64,000 bases of DNA, taken from assembly GCA_002269645.1 (NCBI GenBank), contig NIVC01000563.1:174654-238653 (forward strand), written 5' to 3'. Below are positions 1-12,500 of this stretch, piece after piece. Both the position numbers and the translations under genes were made by a program. The DNA comes from Macrostomum lignano (Eukaryota). The notes under the pieces are model-generated. The model was not told the origin of the DNA, made no database searches, and was given only the letters and a program-made list of their open reading frames with translations. The first letter of the stretch is position 1; every line of letters starts with the position of its first letter.

Positions 1-318
1 GTCATTCACTATCAGCTAATGAGCCATTCTCTGTTAGCTAATGAGTCATTCTCTGTTAGCTAATGAGCCATTCACGGTTAGCTAATGACAAATTAACTAT
101 TAGCTCACTATTAGCTAATGAGTCATTCACTATTAGCTAATGAGCCATTCTCTGTAAGCTAATGAGCCATTCACTATTAGCTAATGAGTCATTCACTACT
201 AGCTAATGAGTCATTCCCTATCAGCTAATGAGTCATGCACTATTAGCTAATGAGTCATTCCCTATCAGCTAACGGCAATTCACTATTAGCTAAATGAGGA
301 CACTATTAGCTAGCTAGC
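1..318. repeat. 22-bp minisatellite (GCTAATGAGTCATTCACTATTA)
   Basis: Visible tandem units in CPS intron 11. Confidence 0.9.
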
Positions 319-367
319 TCCTGATTTACTCTACCGCTTTGAAAGCATGACACATCAGCAATCCAAC

Positions 368-559
368 CTGAAATTCTTTCTGCACGCCAATAAGAATGCT
401 GGAGCCCTTAGGCGGCACTCTGAACCCGGTAGACTGCAGCGCTTTGAGGAAGGCGGTGTACAGGTTGGAGCCGTAGCAGGCCACCTCGCCGGTGCTGCTC
501 ATCTCGCAGCGTAGCAGGGGATCCGCCGCCTTCAGACGCGGCCAGCTGAACATGGAGGC
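368..559 (-). CDS. CPS1: CPS exon 11
   Basis: cgcag|[30 protein letters not shown]...[10 protein letters not shown]|gttgga; the rest of the MGS-like domain lies outside the window. Confidence 0.9.
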
Positions 560-3500
560 CTGCGGTGGGAGATCGGAGTTTTGCTGCTTAATTTACGGCG
601 CTTCTAGGAAACAGTTAGGGTCGCCTCAAAAGAAGAGGACGAGAGGGAGGAGAGGAAGGGAGTAGACAATTACATTGTCTACATTGTCTAGAAAAAAATT
701 GCCTATCCGATTTCTTACGGATTCGAGGATTTTGAATAAAATTTCACACCAGGCTACTAAGAGTAGTTCAATCAATAGTAAGTAATAAAGGCAGGAAATA
801 CAGGGATATACCCAGATAAGTAGACCTGTGAAATCGTGAAAGCTTTTACAAACCTAATTCGAAAAATGTAAAGAACATTAGCGTTAGAGCTCGGCAAGGG
901 CTGATGCGCTCGCTACATAACAAATTAGGAAGCCTTTTTGATTTTACGAGTACTAAAATTCGCGTTAATAATTCTCTCGTTGCTTTAGTGCAACCACAGA
1001 CAATATAGAATATAATAGACCAGTAAAGTGAAGAAAAAAGTGGGCCATTTTCCCCCATAAGAAACTGGTCCCTCTCACCCACCCCAGCTCGATCGATATG
1101 TGGTACAGGGCGGGCCTCTTTTCCATTGTGCTCCTATTGGACACATGCAATTGAGATACATTTTTTCTACTTTTTTACATAAAACGCCACGAGAACCAAA
1201 TACATAAAAGTAATGAAATTAAATTAAATTACCCCGAAATGTCCTTCAAAGTCCCAGCTTTCAGATTAAGAAAAATTGCTGTGCGCAGCAGCTTCTGTCT
1301 CCTTCCTGCCTTTCTTAATAAGTGCGACATGTCTTTCGCAATTTTCTTCATGCGAATTCTGATGTAAAAAAATGCTCATAACTTTCTTGACTCAATACCT
1401 GTGCTAACAGCTGCAGCTTGTGTGACTCAATACCTGTGCTAACAGCTGCAGCTTGTGTGACTCGATACCTGTGCTAACAGCTGCAGCTTGTGTGACTCGA
1501 TACCTGTGCTAACAGGTGCTGAATGCGAATCTAATTCAGAGAATAGCGGTTGAAATTCAAAGTGAAATTCAAATTCAAAGTCTCTTGAACAGCGATTGAG
1601 CTTGAAAAGCAGCTATCAAAGCTGGAGCGGCGAATAATCGTTTCGGTGTTCAGCAGAATACGTATAGTTCTTGGAATGCTTGGACGCAGAATCCTGGAAG
1701 GCATCGTACACACTTGAGATCCATTTCCGTAAAGAAGATGGATGCACGGAAGCTGGAAAAAGTTTCTCACGTATTTGTATGCCTTAGGACTGTAATAGTG
1801 CAACGTGGAAGCAAATCGCCGAACTTCAGGAGGAAATTTTTTATCCTCTTGTTTTTAGTTGGCACTAGACAGCTCAACAATGAATTTGATGACAGAACCT
1901 GCAGACGGGATGCTGCAGCTTCATCCACAATATTATTTGCCTACAGCACTTTCACAATTTCTGTCAGTGACTTTGACCGCGCCCTTAGTCGCTGGTGCTT
2001 CTTGTTCAGCTCCCTGAGCACACATTTTCCACAGTTGCCACATTTTCTGGCGCTTTTCTCCTTTTTGATACACTATAGAAGCTGGCTGAGGCTGCATGGA
2101 TAAGAATGCTTTAATTGGTTTTTTGCTGGATATTTTTGCAAGGAAATTGTAATTCAAATCAAATTCAATTTCAATTCAATTCAATTCAATTCAATCAATT
2201 CAAATCAAATCTAATTTACATTTATTTTGCCTCCCTAGGGTTTTAAACTCTATAATAAGTAAATTTCAAGCTTGAAAACTTGCACTTGCCCATTTTTGTC
2301 CCACATATCGATCGAAGTTGGGGCTTTGTGGAAGGACCATTTTTTGTGTTGCTTTTTTGTCCCACAACGCGCCTGGGCAAGCCACCGAGATTCGCAGTCT
2401 ATATTCTATATGGTCTGTGGGTGCAACATATATGCGATAAAACTCAGTAGGACACCAGCTATAATGGTCAAAAGGGACAGCACACGGACGCGCGTCATAT
2501 ATCCTATATACTAAATAAAGTGGCTAAAGATTGCGCAACAGTTTTTGTGATAGTTGTCTTCGCACCTTAATATGCAGTAATCTACATGGCCGCGCTGCTC
2601 ATTCAACACTGTGACAGGAAACAAAGTGCGGGTCACTGAGAGTCACCGATATTTTCTTTATTTATTTAAATTTAGACAATTTTACTTAAAAATATTTCTT
2701 AATTTGGAAAAAAGAGGAGTAAGAGGATTTTGGAAACCGGGTAGGGTAGAATCACCATCAGATCAGCTACAAGTACACCACACGTACCTTGATGCCAACA
2801 AACCCGACGGGTTCTCGGGGGTTCTCCATCGTGTACAGATCCTTCTGGTCGGGCTCCACGCCCAGCATCACCTTCGTGGCCGTGGCGATAAAGTCGGTGC
2901 CCAGAGTCTTGGACACGAACGGGAAGGAGCGAGAGGCTCGCAGGTTAGTTTCAATGACCAGCACCTTCTGCTCGGGCGTCACCAGGAACTGCGTGTTAAA
3001 CGGGCCCGTGATGCTGAACCGCTCGGCTATGCGCTTTACTACGTCCCGAATCTGGAATTTTGCGGATGGAATATATAGTTTCACAAGTTTATTAGCAGCA
3101 GCAACACCTGCAGGACTATATACAGATAATTAAAAACTTCAGCTTTTATCAGATCGTTCTCTGTGCCGACAATGGTTACCGTCATCCTCCCAGATCCTCA
3201 GTTGCTGGGCCAGCCTCCCAGATCCTCAGTTGCTGGGCCAGCCTTCCAGATCTTCAGTTGCTAGGCCAGCCTCCAACATCCTCAGTTGCTGGGCCAGCCT
3301 CCAACATCCTCAGTTGCTGGGCCAGCCTCCCACATCCTCAGTTGCTGGGCCAGCCTCCCAGATCCTCAGTTGCTGTGCCAGCCTCCCTGATCCTCAGTTG
3401 CCGGACCAGCCTCCCACATCCTCAGTTGCTAGGCCAGCCTCCAAAATCCTCAGTTGCTGGGCCAGCCTCCCACATCCTCAGTTGCTGGGCCAGCCTCCCA

Positions 3501-6500
3501 CATCCTCAGTTGCTGTGCCAGCCTCCCACATCCTCAGTTGCTGTGCCAGCCTCCCAGATCCTCAGTTGCTGGGCCAGCCTCCCAGATCCTCAGTTGCTGT
3601 GCCAGCCTCCCACATCCTCAGTTGCTGGGCCAGCCTCCCACATCCTCAGTTGCTGGGCCAGCCTCCAAAATCCTCAGTTGCTGAGCCAGCCTCCAAGATC
3701 CTCAGTTGCTGAGCCAGCCTCCCAGATCCTCAGTTGCTGGGCCAGCCTCCAACATCCTCAGTTGCTGGGCCAGCCCTCACAGATCCTCAGTTGCTGGGCC
3801 ACCAGTTTCAATTCCAAGCAGAGTTACAAACAAAACAGATCATAAATTACCTGAGCCTTGACATCCTCGTTAATAGTGTGCGGCGGCAGCACCAGCGTGG
3901 CGTCGCCGCTGTGCACTCCGGCATTCTCCACGTGCTCGCACAGCGCGTGCGCCACAACCTGGCCGTTGGAGGCGACCGCGTCGCATTCGACTTCGCGCGA
4001 ATTCTCGATGAACTTTGTCAGCACCACCGGGTGTTCGGCGTTGACGGCGGCCGCCTGGCCGAGGAAGCCGCGCAGCTCCTGGGGTCCGTAGGCGACATTC
4101 ATGGCCGAGCCGCTCAAGATGTAGGACGGCCGTACGAGGCAAGGGTAGCCAACCTGTGGAGTTTTTGGATGAAATTAGTTCGATTATTTTACATCATGTA
4201 CTGCATCACGCATGAAAGATTACTAAAGCCTGTTGTGTAGTGGAAATAACTTGAATTAGTAGCTAACGATATGTATCAAAAAACTTCAACTAGCGATTGC
4301 CGATATGTAGTGAAACCAACTTTAACCAGAAATTTTTAATATGTATATATCAATTCATATAAAAAACCACCGATATGTATCGAAAATAACATTAAAAATA
4401 TTAAGCCAACCTGCTCGGCAAACTCCAACGCCTCCTTTTCGGAGGTGAGCGCCCGCCAAGGCGCCTGTCCGACGCCGATCTCGTCGAGGATGCGCGAAAA
4501 TTTCGCCCGATCCTCGGCGTCGTCAATCTTAGTCGGATGAGTGCCCAAGATTCGAACCCCGGCCTTGTGCAATGGCAGCGCCAGGGTGTTGGGAATCTGG
4601 CCGCCAACCGACACAATGCAGTTGGAGGCGGACTCCAGCTGGTAGATGTCCAGCACCCGCTCCTGACTGAGCTCCTCAAAGTACAGCCGGTCGCACTCGT
4701 CAAAGTCAGTGCTGACAGTCTCCGGGTTGTAATTAACAACGATGCTCTTCATGCCCAGGGCGTTCAGGCAGCGGATTGCGCTGACGCTGCACCAGTCGAA
4801 TTCTACGCTGGACCCGATGTGGTAGGGACCGCAGCCAAGGACCATGATGCCCTGGATGTCGAGGGTTAACAACGACGGACGGACGGATTTGTTAGAAGAG
4901 GTATTGAGGTGCTGTACCACTTCCCAATGTCTTCTGGTCAGAGCCGTTACCTCATCTCAATGTCCTCTGGTACATGTAAATGACGCTACCTCATCCCAAT
5001 GTCCTCTAGTACATGTAAATGACACTACCTCATCCCAATGTCCTCTGGTACATGCTACCTCATCCCAATGTCCTCTGGTACATGCTACCTCATCCCATTG
5101 TATTCTGGTACATGCAGACGACGCTACCGCACCCCATTGTCCTCTGGTACATGTAAATGACGCTACCGCACCCATTGTCCTCTAGTACATGTAAATGACG
5201 CTACCTCATCCAAATGTCATCTGGTACATGTAAATGACGCTACCTCATCCCAATGTCCTCTGGTACATGTAAATGACACTACCTCATCCCAATGTCCTCT
5301 GGTACATGCTACCTCATCCCAATGTCCTCTGGTACATGCTACCTCATCCCAATGTTCTCTGGTACATGCTACCTCATCCCAATGTCCTCTGGTACATGCT
5401 ACCTCACCCAATGTCCTCTGGTACACGCTACCTCATCCCTAGATAACTGAGTAGCTAATCACCTTATCCGTGAAAGCCACATCGTGCTCGGCCGCATTAT
5501 AGGAGCAGTAGAGATAGTTAGTATAGCTGGGATACTCGGCAGCCATAGTGTCAATCTGTTTGACATAGGGCGTCAGGCCCAAGCTCAGCCGATGCGCGCG
5601 AACTTCAGACACCGGTTTGCGAAACACTTCGCCGAGCTGTTTGTCGCTGAAGCCGAGCTTCTTAGCCAGGCCCCAGTCTTCGGATGTGGTCTCGTTAGCC
5701 TGGCCCAGCTGTTCCAGATCTTTGCGATAGTCGACAATGCGCTTGAGCTTGTGCAGAAACCATCTGTCAATCTGAGTGAATCGGTGAATCTCGTCAACTG
5801 TCATGAGGTCCTGCTCGAGGGCCCGGCAGATATAGTGAATCCTGGCGTTGCTGGGCACCTGTAGGCCTTCAAGCAGGTCGAAGTTGTCCGGATACTGTTT
5901 GCCCATTGGCAGTTTGCTTTCAAAGCCGCCAACGCTGGGATGAGTCATTCGAAGCGCTTTCTGCAGGGACTCCTCGAAGGTTCTACCGATGGCCATGATT
6001 TCGCCCACTGATTTCATGGCGGAGCCGATCTCCTTCGGCGTGTGATGGAAGCGGTCCAGGTCCCAGCTGTGCGGGGATTTGCGATCAAGATGTTTTTATT
6101 TCGTTTTTAATCTTAAGGGGATTAGAAATGATGGCACAGGGGTCACAGGGATGAGAGGGGTCACAGGGATGAGAGGGGTCACAGGGATGAGAGGGGTCAC
6201 AGGGATGAGAGGGGTCACAGGGATGTCAGGGGTCAACAGTGATGCCAGGGGTCACAGGGATGCCAGGGGTCAACAGTGATGCCAGGGGTCAAGAGGGATG
6301 CCAGTGGCCAACAGCGATGCCAGGGGTCACATGGGGATGCCAGGGGTCACAGAGATGCCAAGGGTCACATGGGGATGCCAGGGGTCACAGGGATGGCAGG
6401 GGTCACAGGGATGCCAGGGGTCACAGGGATGCCAGGGGTCACAGGGATGCCAGGGGTCACAGAGATGCCAGGGGTCACAGGGATGCCAGGGGTCACAGGG

Positions 6501-9500
6501 ATGCCAGGGGTCACAGGGATGCCAGGGGTCACAGGGATGCCAGGGGTCACAGGGATGCCAGGGGTCACAGGGATGCCAGGGGTCACAGGGATGCCAGGGG
6601 TCACATGGATGCCAGGGGTCACATGGGGATGCTAGGGGTCACAGGGATGCCAGGGGTCAACAGGGATGCCAGGGATCTACAGGGATGCCAGGGGTCAACA
6701 GGGATGCAACTCACCGCGGAATCTTAGTAGTGATGTAATCCAGACTGGGCTCAAAGCAGGCCGTAGTCACCTTGGTGGTGGCATTTTTAATCTCCGGCAG
6801 GCTAATGCCCAGGGACAGTTTGGCGGCAATGAACGCCAGCGGATAGCCGGTGGCTTTGGAGGCCAGAGCGGACGAGCGGGACAGTCTGGCGTTGATCTCG
6901 ATGATGCAGTACTCAAGCGAGTGCGGATGCAGAGCGTACTGGATGTTGCACTCGCCAACAATGTTGAAATGGCGGATCACTTTGAGAGCGGTCTCGCGCA
7001 GCATGTGGTATTCCTCGTTGGACAGGGTCTGGCTGGGGGCCACCACGATTGAATCGCCAGTGTGCACGCCGAGTGGGTCGAAGTTCTCCATGTTGCATAC
7101 CGTGATGCAGTTGTTTGCAGCGTCGCGTACAACCTCGTATTCCACCTCCTTCCAGCCTAGTAGGGACTTCTCGATTAGGACCTGGCGACGCGCAAATTGG
7201 GGCATATCGCGGTTGCTGGGGGGCGACTCGGGGTGACGTACATCAGAATAATGTAGTTGTTATGGGTGGTTGCTAGGGCAGGCATAATTTTGACCCTCGC
7301 ATCAGTATGATCCCTGGAATCCCTATTGACCCCAGGCATCCCTGTGACCCCTAGCACCCCTGTCACCCCTAGCACCCCTGTCACCCCTAGCTGTCACCCC
7401 TAGCACCCCTGTCACCCCTAGCACCCCTGTCACCCCTAGCTGTCACCCCTAGCACCCCTGTCACCCCTAGCAACCTTGTGACCCCTGTAACTCCTAGCAC
7501 CCCTGTGACCCCTAGCATCCCTGTCACCCCTAGCACCCCTGTGACCCCTAGCACCCCTGTGACCCCTAGCACCCCTGGCACCCTTGTGACCCCTAGCAAC
7601 CCTGTGAACCCTAGCAACCTTGTGACCTCTAGCAACCCTGTGACCCCTAGCATTCCTGTTGACATGGTTGCTAGGGGATGCTATCGCTTGAGGGTATGGT
7701 TGCTAGGGAAGTAGTTTCTAGGACTATGGTTGCTTGAAGTTGTGGTTTATAATTGGGTTTAGTCAAGAAATGCGGTTACTAGGGCGAATGGTCGTTAAGA
7801 TTTGATTGTTATGTATGACGTCATCCCTAACTGCAAGTCGTTAGATTAATCTCTAGCGCACCTGATTGGTGATGGCAAAGGCTTTGCGACAGATGTCCAC
7901 CAGGCTGGCCTCGTCTTTAGCCAATCCGGAGCCCAGACCGCCGAGGGCAAAAGCGGCGCGCACCATCACGGGGTAGCCGATGTCGTGAGCCGCTTTGATA
8001 GCCTCGGAGACTCGAGTGACGGCCACGCTGGGTGCGAGTTTCTCATTAATTCGCATCAGCTCTTCGGCGAATGTCTCCCGATCTTCCGTCAGCTTGATGT
8101 CGTGAATCTGGGTGCCGAGTACGCGGACATTGTGCTGCTCAAGGATTCCCGATTCGTGCAGCTCGATGCCAACGTTTAGAGCAGTTTGGCCGCCCATTGA
8201 CAGCAGTATGCCGTCGGGTTTTTCGCGTTCAATCACCTGCGGAGATGAATGGGTGCATAGTGGGTGCCCTGCAGTTTACCGCTTGCTAGTTGTTTTGAAA
8301 ACTGAGCACTCTAATTCTAAGAAGCTGGGCACTCCCAATTTAGCAATCTGAGCACGTCTACGTTAAGAATCTTGGCACTCCTAGATTAAAAATCTGAGCA
8401 CTCCCAAGTTAAGAATCTTGGCACTCCGAGATAAAAAATCTGAGCACTCCCAAGTTAAGAATTTGAGCACTTCAAAGTTAAGAATCTTGGCACTCAGAGA
8501 TTAAAAATCTTAGCACTCCCAAGTTAAGAATCTGAGCACTCCCAAATAAAGAATCTTGGCACTCTCAAGTCAAGAATCTTGGCACTCCCAAGGTAAGACT
8601 CTGGGCACTCCCAGATAAAAAATCTGAGCACTCCCAAGTTAAGAATCTGAGCACTCCCAAGTTAAGAATCTGGGCACTCGTTAATAATAATAATAATTGA
8701 TTACACATGCCTAATGGCCAGATGTGCAACCGACAGCTCAGCCGCAGCTATTGCGCGGCGCATCTGAAGGCTGCGTACGGCTGTCCAGTCCAAGGACTGG
8801 GGGGTCGCCACACACAGCCTCAATTACCCCAGCTAATGCTGGCACCCATTTTACAGTTTGGTGAACTGAAGCAATGCAGAGTTGGGTGTCTTGCTCAAGG
8901 ACGTAAATTGTTCTGAGTGGGTCGAGAATCGAACCCCCGACCTTTCAGTCGTGAGTCCAACGCACTAACCACTAGGCTACAGCCCCTCAGGAATCTAGCC
9001 ATTCCAAGCACTCAGTTCCCCTAATTACCTTGGTAACGAACTCGGCAGTAACGGGCAGGAAGTACACCATATCGGCCTGCTTCTCTCCCTCCGCATTAGT
9101 CTGCACGCTGGCAATATTGGGATTCATCAGCACAGTTTTCACGCCCTCCTCTTTAAGCGCTTTAATCGCCTGCGAGCCCGAATAGTCGAATTCGCCAGCC
9201 TGACCAATGGACAGGCCGCCGGAGCCCAGCACCAGCACCTTGGCAACTGGCACTCGGCGTGCGTCCATCAGACGAGGCTCCGGCATGATCACCGTGGCCG
9301 ATTTAGTCTTCACCATTTCAATGAAAGCGTCGAATAGAAATTGCGTATCGGTTGGGCCGCCGCAGGCCTCCGGATGGAACTGGGCGGTGAAAATCGGCTT
9401 CTCCGTGCACATCAGGCCTTCGTTGGATCCGTCATTGGCGTTAATAAACAGCGGCCGCCAGCCAAATGGCAGGTTGTCAGTGTTAATGGCGAATCCGTGA

Positions 9501-12500
9501 TTCTGCGACGTGATAAAGGCTTGCTTAGTAACTAAATTGAGCACGGATTGGTTGTGACCGCGGTTGCCAAGGGGCATTTTGTAGCTGGTGCAGCCGGCAG
9601 CCAGGCCAACGAGTTGGTTGCCGCAGCAGATGCCGAACGCGGGCTCGTTGCGGGTGTTGATCACCTGGCATCAGCGGTTGCAGGGTTAGTTAGGATACTC
9701 AACAGGCCTACATTTAGTATGAGTGACTCGGTTACCAAATTGGTCAGTAACTTTATTCCATGATGTATTTAGTTTTGAAACTAAATTGGTCACTAATTTA
9801 GACACGACATTGGTCACTGATTGGGATACCAAATTTGGACACTAAAAAGTCACTGATTTTTTTACTAAATAGTCACTGATTTGGATACTAAATTGGTCAC
9901 TGATTCGGACACGAAATACTTCTGGTCACTGATTCGGACACGAAATACTTGTAGTCACTGATTTGGACACAAAAAAGTTAGTCACTGATTTGGACACGAA
10001 GTTGGTCACTGATTTGGACACTAAATTGGTCACTGATTTGGACACTAAATTGGTCACTGATTCGGACACTAAATTGGTCACTGATTTGAACACAAAATTG
10101 GTCACTGATTTAGACACTAAATTGGTCACTGATTTGGACACCAAATTAGTCACTGATTTGGACACCAAATTAGTCACTGATTTGGACACGAAGTTGGTCA
10201 CTGATTTGGACACTGTATTGGTCACTGATTTGGACACGAAGTTGGTCACTGATTTGGACACTAAATTGGTCACTGATTTGGACACTAAATTGGTCACTGA
10301 TTTGGACACCAAATTGGTCACTGATTTGGACACGAAGTTGGTCACTGATTTGGACACTAAATTGGTCACTGATTCGGACACGAAATACTTCTGGTCACTG
10401 ATTCGGACACGAAATACTTGTAGTCACTGATTTGGACACAAAAAAGTTAGTCACTGATTTGGACACGAAGTTGGTCACTGATTTGGACACTAAATTGGTC
10501 ACTGATTTGGACACGAAGTTGGTCACTGATTTGGACACTAAATTGGTCACTGATTTGGACACTAAATTGGTCACTGATTCGGACACTAAATTGGTCACTG
10601 ATTTGGACACCAAATTAGTCACTGATTTGGACACGAAGTTGGTCACTGATTTGGACACTGTATTGGTCACTGATTTGGACACGAAGTTGGTCACTGATTT
10701 GGACACTAAATTGGTCACTGATTTGGACACTAAATTGGTCACTGATTTGGACACCAAATTGGTCACTGATTTGGACACGAAGTTGGTCACTGATTTAGAC
10801 ACGAAGTTGGTCACTGATTCGGGCACGAAATACTTCTGGTCACTGATTCGGACACGAAATACTTGTAGTCACTGATTTGGACACAAAAAAGTTATTCACT
10901 GATTTGGACATTGTATTGGTCACTGATTTGGACACTGTATTGGTCACTGATTTGGACACTGTATTGGTCACTGATTTGGACACGAAGTTGGTCACTGATT
11001 TGGACACTATATTGGTCACTGATTTGGACACTGTATTGGTCACTGATTTGGACACTAAATTGGTCACTGATTTGGACACGAAGTTTGTCACTGATTTGGA
11101 CACTAAATTAGTCACTGGTTTGGACACTAAATTGGTCACTGATTTTGACACAAAGTTGGTCACTGATTTGGGCACGAAGTTGGTCACTGATTTGGACACG
11201 AAGTAAGTCACTGATTTGGACACGAAGTAAGTCACTGATTTGGACACGAAGTAAGTCACTGATTTGGACACGAAGTAAGTCACTGATTTGGACACGAAGT
11301 AAGTCACTAATTTGGACACGAAATTGGTCACTGATTTGTTCACTAAATTGGTCACTGATCTGGCCAATAAATTGGTCACTGATTTGGACACTAAATTGGT
11401 CACTGATTTGGACACTAAATTGGTCACTGATTTGTTCACTAAATTGGTCACTGATCTGGTCAATAAATTGGTCACTGATTTGGACACTAAGTTGGTCACT
11501 GATGTAAACACTAATTTGGTGACTAAGTTAGCCAATAGTTTAATCACAAATATTTAATTGCTTCCTCTAAGCCATAACATGACAATAATTATTTAGTTGA
11601 AAGCCACAGTCAGATACAAGCGCACCTTGCGAATATTATCGATGGTAGTTTTAATCAGGGCCGGATCGCCGGGCCCGTTAGTGATGAACAGTCCGTCGTA
11701 CGGCTCCTCGGTGAAGTCGTAGTCCCAGGGTACCAGGTGGACTTCGGCACCTCTGGCGCACAGCATTTTAATCATGTTGTGCTTCACTCCGCAGTCCACG
11801 GCCACTATCTTGTGCGGATTGCCCTTGCCGAATATGCGCACCTCTTTGGTGGACACCTTGGAAGGCGAGGGCGAAGGCGCATGCTCATAGAACTCGTACT
11901 CTATTGAGAATTACGGATGCTACGATTGTTGACGATTAAAGATTCACGCCTACGAATGACCTACAATACCCTGCAATGCGAGCAGGGTCTCCGTACACCC
12001 CTGCTTGCGATATAACAACCTAGGAATCCAGCCAAAGCCTTGGAGTAGAAAATATCTTCTTTTTTCTTTTCTTTCGTTTCCTTTTGTTGGATTCAAATTA
12101 ACAGGTTTTACAGGTTCAAGTTTACACATTCAGCTAATATAGTCGTAGTAGCCTACTTAAAATACCCTTAGAAATCGTCAAACTAATTAAAAAAGCACAA
12201 AGAAGTCACACCTCGGCAGTGAGATTCCTCAAATTGGGATTGTCAAACTCGGCCAGAGGCTGGTCAGAGAATTCAATCTTGCCCAGCAGGGTGCCGCGAT
12301 CGCGAATCCGCTTAGTCAGCAGTCGGGTGTCGATGCCCGACAAGGCCGGGACGCCTTCGCGCTTCAGCCAATGGGACAGCGAGTGGGCCGACTTCCAATG
12401 GCTGTGATCCACGGAGTAGTCCTGAGAGAAAATCCATGGGGCTGAGTTTGTTGCATACATTCATACACTTGACACACTCATGAGACACTCGATGAGACAC

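Larger units (their letters stand above)
995..2419 (-). mobile_element. Internally deleted P-superfamily DNA transposon in CPS intron 10
   Basis: The TIRs are CACAGACAATATAGAATA (995) and the reverse complement CACAGACCATATAGAATA (2419). The flanks AGTGCAAC and GGTGCAAC form an 8-bp TSD with 7/8 identity. Subterminal inverted CGATCGATATGTGG motifs and an internal transposase remnant are present. Confidence 0.85.

Noticed and set aside
8900-8986. tRNA gene (also 42470-42548)
   Set aside because: The A/B boxes belong to SINE heads that continue into a CORE-like body and tail; no complete cloverleaf
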